Positions 24,035 through 31,961 of a stretch of DNA of 58,717 nucleotides are shown here, one piece after another (the stretch's first letter is position 1; every line of letters begins with the position of its first letter). The DNA comes from a virus: the IMG/VR virus record IMGVR_UViG_3300045988_156049. One strand, written 5' to 3'. The notes under the pieces were generated by a model. It saw only the letters and a list, made by a program, of their open reading frames with translations. It ran no database searches and had not been told where the DNA came from. The translations under genes and the position numbers were made by a program.

Positions 24035-24535
24035 TCAAACCTTTTTATTGAGGAATGCACCTATTAGTCCGAACATATAGCAATACACGTGTAACCATAC
24101 GTCGATTGTATGTGGGAAAATGAAACCTATAAGTATTGTAGTGCAGATGCAAATCTGCCAATATGCTTTTTCCTTAACATTTAAGGAAACTCGTCCCAAC
24201 AAGTAGTAACAGACGCCGGAAAAACCAATTGTAAAATGAGGCTCCGAATATAGTTGTGACAATAAACCTACAGGATATGTTATTGCAGTTGCATATCCTG
24301 CCAGCAAGGATATCAATGATACGTCATATATGAATACTATTGATACGAGGCACCAGCAATTCATCATGGCATGAAGAAATGAGGTGTGAAAAAATGGATA
24401 AAAAAAACGGCTTGCTATCCCGCCTCCTGGATGTAGAGATATTGCCGTTATTTCAGGATTTGTAAAACACAGACAGACTGCGAGTAAGGAATATACTAGA
24501 CTTATACCCTGAGCCACTCTCTTGCTTCGTACCAT
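24035..24535 (-). CDS. Rhomboid-family intramembrane serine protease (compact, 6 TM, 166 aa)
   Basis: HTSFLHAMMN gives H-x4-H-x3-N. GFSGVCYYLLG gives GxSG. LHVYCYMFGLIG gives the catalytic His plus the Gly motif. There are six hydrophobic segments. Confidence 0.8.
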   Translation of the reverse strand: MVRSKRVAQGISLVYSLLAVCLCFTNPEITAISLHPGGGIASRFFYPFFHTSFLHAMMNCWCLVSIVFIYDVSLISLLAGYATAITYPVGLLSQLYSEPHFTIGFSGVCYYLLGRVSLNVKEKAYWQICICTTILIGFIFPHTIDVWLHVYCYMFGLIGAFLNKKV

Positions 24536-24927
24536 TGGTTTTTAATTTTTAATATGATCATGTGAGCGGAATTCGGCGTTAGATAGAATCGTGGTGCTTG
24601 CGAATTGACAACATCGAAGGTTAAACTATAGATTGAGTCATTCGGGCGTGTCTTTTTCAAATCCATGACTCTTTTATGAATCTCGTTAAACATTGCGCGT
24701 TTGTTGGGACGCATGTTGTCTAAATCATTCCCTTTAATTATCAGCGAAACGACTTTGGCAGCTCGCAGTTCACTGACCCAGAATCTTTTCGAAGGCATTT
24801 CTACAATTATTTCATACACATCTTTCATGGGACGCCCGTTCCGATGTGCCATTACTGTTCTGAATGCACGCATCAAGTCGCAGTTGCGCTCTTTCTCGTA
24901 TTCGAAATATGAACCGGTGTGTTTCAT
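24502..24927 (-). CDS. Hypothetical protein; small terminase subunit candidate by position only
   Basis: 141 aa and the first gene of the leftward packaging operon. No motif was recognised. Confidence 0.4.
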   Translation of the reverse strand: MKHTGSYFEYEKERNCDLMRAFRTVMAHRNGRPMKDVYEIIVEMPSKRFWVSELRAAKVVSLIIKGNDLDNMRPNKRAMFNEIHKRVMDLKKTRPNDSIYSLTFDVVNSQAPRFYLTPNSAHMIILKIKNQWYEAREWLRV

Positions 24928-25048
24928 TCTGTCTCTGTCGCTCAGTTTCTATACAAATTTACCCTTGCAGGTAAATAGATAACATTTGACTTTTCTTGAG
25001 AGGATGTATTTTCGCAATAAGAACTAAAGCATAAAATATATATTACGT

Positions 25049-25858
25049 ATGGAAAATACTGATAATAAGAAAGTTATCTCGAAAAGAGAATTAGCTCTTC
25101 AGCGTCTTAAATCAAAATATCCGGAAGATAATTTTGATGATGATGAGGCCGTTTTTGGTCGAATTAATGGTGATTACGATGAATACGATAAGAAGATAAA
25201 GGCACAAGATGAGAGAATCGCCGGTTATGAAGCTGATGAAAAGTCTCTTGGGGATATGTTTTCGACAGATCCTCGTTCAGCAAAGTTCCTGTCCAACTGG
25301 AAAAAAGGTGGAGATCCGGCAATTGCCCTGATTCAGGAATTTGGGAATGATATTGAGGAAATATTGCATGATCCGGAAAGACAGCAGGAGGTTGCAGATG
25401 CGAACAAGGCATTTGCTGAAAGAGTTGCCAAGAACAAAGAGTATGAGGAAGAATATAAAGTCAACCTCGATCAGTCAATGCAAAATATTGAAGACCTTAA
25501 GGCTAAAGGCTTTACTGAGGCAGAGATTGATGATATCATGCAGGCCACGATCTCAATTGTAAGTGATGGGTTGAGAGGTATATTCTCACCAGAGACTCTG
25601 ATGATGGTCGGCAAGGCAATCAGTCATGATAGAGATGTGACCAATGCCTCAGAGGAAGGAGAAATCCGTGGACGCAACGCGAAGATTGAAGAAAAATTGA
25701 AAAAGCCTAAAAAGAGTGATGGTATAGTGTCACTTGGCGGCAACAGTGGTGGTGCAGGTCTGGCTGACAGAAAATCTCTTGGCGCATTTGACAGATATGG
25801 AGATGGCTCCAGAACCATTTGGGAAAAAGGCGGAGAGAAAAGAATTCAACATAGATAA
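25049..25858 (+). CDS. Scaffolding protein (candidate)
   Basis: 269 aa, acidic and helical/coiled-coil in character, immediately upstream of the capsid gene. Confidence 0.5.
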   Translation: MENTDNKKVISKRELALQRLKSKYPEDNFDDDEAVFGRINGDYDEYDKKIKAQDERIAGYEADEKSLGDMFSTDPRSAKFLSNWKKGGDPAIALIQEFGNDIEEILHDPERQQEVADANKAFAERVAKNKEYEEEYKVNLDQSMQNIEDLKAKGFTEAEIDDIMQATISIVSDGLRGIFSPETLMMVGKAISHDRDVTNASEEGEIRGRNAKIEEKLKKPKKSDGIVSLGGNSGGAGLADRKSLGAFDRYGDGSRTIWEKGGEKRIQHR

Positions 25859-25888
25859 CAATATATTCAATATTAAAACCAATCAAAT

Positions 25889-27313
25889 ATGAAGACAATC
25901 AACAAGTTCGGAAAATTTATCCTGTCAACGCTGCTGTCTGTGCTCTGTTTCGCATTGGGCGCGCAGTCAGGTGTGATGATGGCAGCAGCAAGTGAACTTC
26001 CTGATGCAGGTGTTACTACTTCAGGAAATCCTGGTGATGGCAGTGGAGGTATCTCCACTGAAAGTGATGGCCGCGAGAATGGCGATCCTGAGTTCTATTC
26101 AAAGGAAATTGACAAGCGTATTACAAAGATTCGTCCGATGGCTACGCCGGTGGATCAGATCAGCCGATATGCCAAATCAATTTCTACTGATAGCTTCGAG
26201 GTTAAATACTATTCAGTTGGTACTAGACCTATAGTATGCACTACTTCCGGTGAAGTGACTAAACAGACATCTGGTGAATCTGTTTCTCTTCCGGTTGATG
26301 ATGCGAACATGTTTACTATTGATGACACTATTCGTGTCGTCGGGGTGAAGGGCGAGTTTGATTACACTGGAGCGGCTTATAATAAGAGTGATGAGAATAC
26401 TCCGGATCTTCAGCTCAAAGTCTGTGGAAAAGACGCCAGCACATCAATGCCTACCGTTTATGCCGTTAACGGCTTGAAAGATTCTACCGGAAGGGCTATT
26501 TGGGTCCCGGCGATTCCGAGCGGCACTAAACTGGTTCGAATGGGCAAAGCTTGTGCTGAACTTGAAGTTCAGACGGGGCGTTTTAATAACATACCGACAG
26601 CCGAGGTTCAGTATTGTCAGAATTTTATGATCCAGATTGAGCAGTCTACTTTTGACAGGATTGCAAAGAAAGAGGTTGACTGGAGTTTTTCTGACATGGA
26701 GGAAGACGGAATCTATGACATGAAGCTCGCAAAGGAAAACACTCACCTCTGGGGTGTAAAGAACGTTATTTCTCATTCAACAAGTGATGGTATGAAAACC
26801 TGGTTCACCGGAGGCCTTTGGTGGATGGCAGGGAAAGACATTGAGGTGGGAACCTATAATAATGATACCAAAACAACTACCATTACGGACGATAACCTGG
26901 TGGATATCGCAAAGGACCTTTTTGTCGGAACCGGTATCGGTAACAAAAAGAAGGTGCTGTTCTGCGGCTCGGATATGCTCGCTGCCTTCTCAAAAATTAA
27001 GAGCGAAAAGTTCAGGCTTAAAGATACAGTTGAGGTTTGGAATCTAAAATTCAAATCCTGGGATACGGACTTCGGTGAGTTGCTGACAATCCATCACGAG
27101 CTGTTCGATGCTAATGGAATGAGCGATTGCGGATTTGCCCTTGATCCGGAATATTTGACTAAAGCGGTGCATGTGTCTTGGTCAAGAAATATTCTTGATT
27201 TGAAGAAAGCAGGAGTCAGAAACACGAATGCTGTAGTTATGCAGGAGGTCTCTTGTCTTTACTTGAGGTATGCTAAAGCTCATGCGAGAATGAGATTGGC
27301 TCATGCAGCATAG
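25889..27313 (+). CDS. Major capsid protein (candidate) with an N-terminal signal/TM-like extension
   Basis: 474 aa between the scaffold candidate and a strong terminator. The core from EIDKRITKIRPMATPVDQISRY onward looks capsid-like (..NYCQNF-type YCQNFMIQIEQSTF, THLWGVK). The first approx. 70 aa are MKTINKFGKFILSTLLSVLCFALGAQSGVMMAAAS followed by a G/S/D-rich linker. Confidence 0.6.
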   Translation: MKTINKFGKFILSTLLSVLCFALGAQSGVMMAAASELPDAGVTTSGNPGDGSGGISTESDGRENGDPEFYSKEIDKRITKIRPMATPVDQISRYAKSISTDSFEVKYYSVGTRPIVCTTSGEVTKQTSGESVSLPVDDANMFTIDDTIRVVGVKGEFDYTGAAYNKSDENTPDLQLKVCGKDASTSMPTVYAVNGLKDSTGRAIWVPAIPSGTKLVRMGKACAELEVQTGRFNNIPTAEVQYCQNFMIQIEQSTFDRIAKKEVDWSFSDMEEDGIYDMKLAKENTHLWGVKNVISHSTSDGMKTWFTGGLWWMAGKDIEVGTYNNDTKTTTITDDNLVDIAKDLFVGTGIGNKKKVLFCGSDMLAAFSKIKSEKFRLKDTVEVWNLKFKSWDTDFGELLTIHHELFDANGMSDCGFALDPEYLTKAVHVSWSRNILDLKKAGVRNTNAVVMQEVSCLYLRYAKAHARMRLAHAA

Positions 27314-27343
27314 TCCAAGTCTATAGGTTTATATTAATAATAC

Positions 27344-27372
27344 GGGCGGGCGGAAATGCGCCCGCCCTTTTT
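27344..27372 (+). terminator. Rho-independent terminator after the capsid gene
   Basis: GGGCGGGCG-gaaat-GCGCCCGCCC followed by TTTTT. Confidence 0.85.
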
Positions 27373-27390
27373 AGATAACTGATACTAGAT

Positions 27391-27780
27391 ATGAAAAAGT
27401 ACATTTCAAATTCGCAGTTAAGCATTAATGTCACTATGGCGTCAAACAATTCTCTACATGTCAGATTCACACCTTTGACAGGTGGCGGAAGTGTTTTTTA
27501 CAGTGACGACAAGGATATTCAGGCGGCTCTTGAACGTCATCCGAAATTCAACAAACTATTTAGAATTGACCCGTATTATATTGAAAAGCCAGTTAAAACT
27601 GCAAAGAAGAGCACCTCAAACACAGCATCGAAGAGTTTCAGAAAAGTGAAGGTGTCTTGCGTTGATGATGCTAAAGATTATATGGCAGATAAATATGGAA
27701 CCAGCCGCACGCAAATGAAGAGTATCGCCGAGATTAAAACTGTTGCGGCAGAGAAAGGTGTTGAATTCGAGGGCATCTAA
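27391..27780 (+). CDS. Hypothetical virion protein
   Basis: 129 aa with an ATG start, in the head gene block. Confidence 0.6.
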   Translation: MKKYISNSQLSINVTMASNNSLHVRFTPLTGGGSVFYSDDKDIQAALERHPKFNKLFRIDPYYIEKPVKTAKKSTSNTASKSFRKVKVSCVDDAKDYMADKYGTSRTQMKSIAEIKTVAAEKGVEFEGI

Positions 27781-27815
27781 TTGAAATTTTACAATGCATA
27801 ATATCGTATTCTGGG

Positions 27816-28475
27816 ATGTTTTTCACACTTGACAAGTTAAAGAAAGAAATCCGCATTGCCTTGGATCAGAACAATAGCAGTGCTTTGTTGGAGGGCGTTG
27901 GGGACATTGATACTCTTACTGTAGAAGAAATTATCACAAGTAAGATTGTAGATGCTGTACGGATGGTTACTATTGATGCGCCTTCATATCTACTTGATGG
28001 GGGAAAGCCTTTTGCTGGCAGTCTCGCTTGGGAGAGCCAGCCGGGATATGGTTGTGGATGGACATTGCTGCCGGATGATTTTATGCGGCTCGTCTGCTTT
28101 AAAATGAGCGATTGGAGTTATGCCGTAACTGATGCCGTCTTGGAGGATAGTCAGGTGTATCGTATGCAACGGAGCAGATTCCCAGGAATTCGTGGGAATC
28201 CGGAACGTCCGGTTGTTGCAATTACTTCTCAACCAGCAGGTCTGGTTCTGGAGTTCTATTCCTGTTCTGCCGGAAGCGAGGCCTATGTTACAAGGGCAAG
28301 ATATATTCCTGTCCCTAAAATTGTTGCTGACGAAGCAGATGTTGAGGGTATTGAAATATGCGAAAAGTTGAAGCCCGCTGTAGTGTATTATGCGGCATAT
28401 CTTACGGCATTGAGTACAGGAGCCGCAGATCAGGCAGCGGCTCTATTACAAACCAGTAGAGAATTGATTAAATGA
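27816..28475 (+). CDS. Hypothetical protein; head completion/adaptor candidate
   Basis: 219 aa. It has an ATGA stop-start overlap with the next gene. The role is positional only. Confidence 0.5.
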   Translation: MFFTLDKLKKEIRIALDQNNSSALLEGVGDIDTLTVEEIITSKIVDAVRMVTIDAPSYLLDGGKPFAGSLAWESQPGYGCGWTLLPDDFMRLVCFKMSDWSYAVTDAVLEDSQVYRMQRSRFPGIRGNPERPVVAITSQPAGLVLEFYSCSAGSEAYVTRARYIPVPKIVADEADVEGIEICEKLKPAVVYYAAYLTALSTGAADQAAALLQTSRELIK

Positions 28476-29887
28476 TGGATAAGAATAATCTAGGTAGCTT
28501 CAATAGTTTACAGGAACTTTGGGAGGCGCATCCGGAAGGAGGCCACGAAGGAGACTATGCGACTGTCAATGGCGTAGTGTTCCGCTGGAATAAGTATAAT
28601 CGCATCTGGAGCGGTACTGGAACTCCGAAGGAGACATCCGGAAGAAAAACGGATGTGCATGAGGGAGATGTAGTCATTAATAATGACCTCACTGTTGCTG
28701 GCATGATTCGAGCGCGAGGTGTGAAGCAACCAAATAAAGGATTATTTCATGATCTTGCGTCGCTTCAAAAACGATATCCTTTTCCGGAAGTAGGTTGGTG
28801 GGCGACAGTTGGAGATTCTGTGCCTGGTCAGATTTATCGTTGCGATCAACCTGGCGTGTGGTCTGCCACAGGAGAAACTGGCGGGCTGGATTCTGTTGAC
28901 TACGAGAAGATAAACAAAATAGAACAGCTGCTGCAAGAAGGGTACACGTTCATGGGAGTGGCAACATTAGAGACAAAGCCGGGCACTCCAGACCAAAAGG
29001 TGTTCTATATTGCGAATGGCAAAGGCACATACCCGAATTTTGGGGGCATAAACGTCGATGAAGATGAGGCGGTTTTGTTGACTTATGACGGTATCTGGTC
29101 AAAATTAAAGTCAGGTATTGCGACAAACAATTTCAAGACTATCAATAACCAGAAAATAACTGGCGAGGGTAATATTGAGATTCAGGGAGGAGGTTCTGTA
29201 ACTGTAGATGATGCCCTTAGTGAGACTTCTGTAAATCCTGTTCAGAATAAAGTAATCACGGCAGAAATCCTTTCTATGAAAGAACTGCTGGCTTTGTTGG
29301 ATGACAAGGTATTCCCTACTACCCTTTCTGTATCTGGAGGAGGAACTTATGATGAAGGTACCTCTCAGACAGTTATGGTATCCTGGAAACTTGTGAAGAA
29401 TGGACAGACTCTTGTTCCTGACTCAGTTAGTGTAAATGGAGAAACAGTGGACCCGGCAACGGGTTATAAAGTATTTACTGATGTAACTACAACTACAACT
29501 TATAGAGTAGCAGTAGTTTACAAGGGCAAGACTTATAATGGAAGTACTACGGCTACTTTCAAGAAAACCTATTACAGGTATTATGGGGCACTTCCTGTAG
29601 ATACAGCAGTAGGCAGTATTACTGCTGATATGATAAAAGGACTTAAGAAAGAGGTATGCACGGGTGCGGCGGCTGTTCTCTTGTTTACTACTGTAAATCA
29701 AAGAATGGCTTATGCGTATCCAAGTGTTTTTGGAAAATTGACTGCGGTGAAAGACACAAATTTCAACGCCCCCTATGATGATTTTCTCCTTGAATCGACA
29801 TTGGATATAGACGGAACTGAGTATTATGTGTATGCGTTCACTAATCCAAATACTGCCACAGATTTCAGTTTAACTTTTGTAAAATAG
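28472..29887 (+). CDS. Tail fibre/spike-like structural protein
   Basis: 471 aa, beta-rich and Gly/Thr-rich, translationally coupled to its neighbours in the tail block. Confidence 0.5.
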   Translation: MMDKNNLGSFNSLQELWEAHPEGGHEGDYATVNGVVFRWNKYNRIWSGTGTPKETSGRKTDVHEGDVVINNDLTVAGMIRARGVKQPNKGLFHDLASLQKRYPFPEVGWWATVGDSVPGQIYRCDQPGVWSATGETGGLDSVDYEKINKIEQLLQEGYTFMGVATLETKPGTPDQKVFYIANGKGTYPNFGGINVDEDEAVLLTYDGIWSKLKSGIATNNFKTINNQKITGEGNIEIQGGGSVTVDDALSETSVNPVQNKVITAEILSMKELLALLDDKVFPTTLSVSGGGTYDEGTSQTVMVSWKLVKNGQTLVPDSVSVNGETVDPATGYKVFTDVTTTTTYRVAVVYKGKTYNGSTTATFKKTYYRYYGALPVDTAVGSITADMIKGLKKEVCTGAAAVLLFTTVNQRMAYAYPSVFGKLTAVKDTNFNAPYDDFLLESTLDIDGTEYYVYAFTNPNTATDFSLTFVK

Positions 29888-29893
29888 GCAACC

Positions 29894-30340
29894 ATGGCAT
29901 TACAATTAGGTTCAAATATAAAATATGAAGGAAAACTCCCTAATTTTGTTAGGGATTCCTTCAAAACATTGGCAGATATGAAGGCATTTCCTGAATACTC
30001 AATGGATTCAGGACACATATCTTTTTGTGAAGAAGACAGGAACACGTATAAATATGATGCCAATAACTCAGTAGATGCTGTAACTGGAAAGTGGAGATTG
30101 TTCGGCGGAGGAATTACTTACCACGAGGTTCCGGCTCTTACAGAGGATTACATGATAACTTCTAATCCGTCACTTACTAATGAGGTGATTTATTACATTA
30201 CAATAGGAGAGAATGCACATAAAGTATTCGGAGATTCTACTATCAAATGGCAAGATGGCAAAAGTCCCGTTTCAGAAGCAAACTCTGTAATAGTAGTAAG
30301 TGTTTTGAACAATTTAGCGGTTTGGGGGATTTTCAAATGA
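29894..30340 (+). CDS. Hypothetical structural protein
   Basis: 148 aa, with an ATGA overlap onto the following small ORF. Confidence 0.55.
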   Translation: MALQLGSNIKYEGKLPNFVRDSFKTLADMKAFPEYSMDSGHISFCEEDRNTYKYDANNSVDAVTGKWRLFGGGITYHEVPALTEDYMITSNPSLTNEVIYYITIGENAHKVFGDSTIKWQDGKSPVSEANSVIVVSVLNNLAVWGIFK

Positions 30341-30489
30341 GCATGTTTAGAAACCTATTAAAAAGTAATTCTTCTTCTTATATCAGACTTTCTCCAAGTT
30401 CTCTGGATTATACCCCTAAAGAGGAAGTACGAACACTTGTTGTGGAGTCAAATGATAAATGGACTTTAACTTTTAAAGAAAGGAAATAA
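30337..30489 (+). CDS. 50-aa ORF encoding only the first half of a BACON/Ig-like domain
   Basis: MSMFRNLLKSNSSSYIRLSPSSLDYTPKEEVRTLVVESNDKWTLTFKERK. The L-S-P-x-x-L-x-(F/Y)...V-x-S-N-x-x-W-T pattern is the N-terminal half of a BACON domain. The ATG overlaps the upstream stop (ATGA). Confidence 0.5.
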   Translation: MSMFRNLLKSNSSSYIRLSPSSLDYTPKEEVRTLVVESNDKWTLTFKERK

Positions 30490-30491
30490 TT

Positions 30492-31883
30492 ATGGCAATA
30501 CCATCATGGATAACAGTTAATCCCATTTCGGGTACAGGTAATAAGACTGTTTCAATAACTGCTCAGAAAAATACGGAAGTTAGTGATAGAAGTTTTTTAC
30601 TAAAAGTAGTTACTGCTGGGGGAGTCACTAAAGAAATAACAATAACTCAAAAATCTGAATATCTCGCAGTTTCTGGCAAAGGTATTCTTTGTGAAATAAG
30701 TATTTTAGGGGCTATATTTACTCAACTTGGAGTGACTGCAATAACTTTCGGTGCCTACATGGAATTTACAAATGGAGACACTATAAAATGTGGCACTTTA
30801 ACTTTGACAAAGGGTTCAGCAGGAACCGCCTCTACTGGTTATTTGAGGCTTGCTTCAGATGACAGCTACATTCTTCCTACTGGACTAAAAGGGGTATATA
30901 TAAAAGCATATGAAGGACAGGAGGCTTGGGTATCTGGCAATGAGATTACTGATATTAAATTTGGTTATTCTGGAGATGTTGCTCCATTTGGATTAGTAGG
31001 AAATGCACATAATTATTTGGCTACGTTAAGTACTACAAAGGCAGGATTTGATGTAGATATACCAATAACTACAGATTGCGTAGTTGAGTATAGAGGGCAT
31101 ACTTATGGAACATTCACTATAACAAAACAGGCAGACCCAGCCAGATGGTCAGGAGTTCCTCAATTTGCAGAAGCAATTAAACAGCATGGTGTTACATATA
31201 CAAGTTCACAGGTAACTGTCTATAATGTACCTACAAATGGGACTTTGGAAGCATATTGTGAAATAGCTTCTATAAATTCTGAAGAACCCAGCCCAGTGCC
31301 ATATATAGATGCTACAGATAGTGGAGACGTAGGAGCTAAATTAGTGGTGCATCCTTTAGTTACTGATGGCACTAATAATAGCATTAAACTTGAATTTAGG
31401 CTCACTATTACTGATTATTCTAAATTTACCAGCTATATAGATGTATATGCAAATGGCAATGGCACTGCTGAAAGTCTATATCACGGACTAATGCGTCTTA
31501 ATTTTGCAGTTAAGGGGTTAAATGGAGATTATGTAGGGTCAGGAGAATCTAATGATATAACTATATATAAGGACAAGCCAAAGTTAACGTTGTCTCCAAA
31601 AACTGCAACAGTTGGTCTGGAGGAAGATGCTGTTTACACTTTAGCATACGAAGGCATAATTCCTTCTACTTTAGAATTCGTGTCGTCTGATATTCCTGAT
31701 GAATATGGTTATGTAACATTGGATTGGAATCCTCCTACAGGTAATAATGATGCTTCTGGAAGTTTTACCTTTACAATAAGCTGTAATTCAGAGGCTTACT
31801 CTGGTGACTATCCATTCGTCATTAGATGTAGAGACAGTATTTTTAACCCTGCTGATGTTAATGGAAATTTCATTATTGACTAA
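30492..31883 (+). CDS. Tail fibre/receptor-binding protein starting with the second half of a BACON/Ig-like domain
   Basis: MAIPSWITVNPISGTGNKTVSITAQKNTEVSDRSFLLKVVTAGGVTKEITITQ follows the W-I-T-V-x-P..G-x-G...V-x-V....N....R pattern. 463 aa. Confidence 0.65.
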   Translation: MAIPSWITVNPISGTGNKTVSITAQKNTEVSDRSFLLKVVTAGGVTKEITITQKSEYLAVSGKGILCEISILGAIFTQLGVTAITFGAYMEFTNGDTIKCGTLTLTKGSAGTASTGYLRLASDDSYILPTGLKGVYIKAYEGQEAWVSGNEITDIKFGYSGDVAPFGLVGNAHNYLATLSTTKAGFDVDIPITTDCVVEYRGHTYGTFTITKQADPARWSGVPQFAEAIKQHGVTYTSSQVTVYNVPTNGTLEAYCEIASINSEEPSPVPYIDATDSGDVGAKLVVHPLVTDGTNNSIKLEFRLTITDYSKFTSYIDVYANGNGTAESLYHGLMRLNFAVKGLNGDYVGSGESNDITIYKDKPKLTLSPKTATVGLEEDAVYTLAYEGIIPSTLEFVSSDIPDEYGYVTLDWNPPTGNNDASGSFTFTISCNSEAYSGDYPFVIRCRDSIFNPADVNGNFIID

Positions 31884-31961
31884 TATAGCATAACAAGGCG
31901 GTTAATCGGGTTAAACGCTTAATCTTATTAACTATTTTATAAACATTTAATTCAATTTATT

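Noticed and set aside
30472-30492. Programmed -1 frameshift joining the 50-aa half-BACON ORF to the 30492 fibre gene
   Set aside because: There is no X_XXY_YYZ slippery heptamer. The target frame has a TAA at 30474-30476, leaving only 13 nt for a shift. The TAATTATG junction is the same reinitiation-type junction seen between unrelated genes elsewhere. A mutation or sequencing error remains possible.
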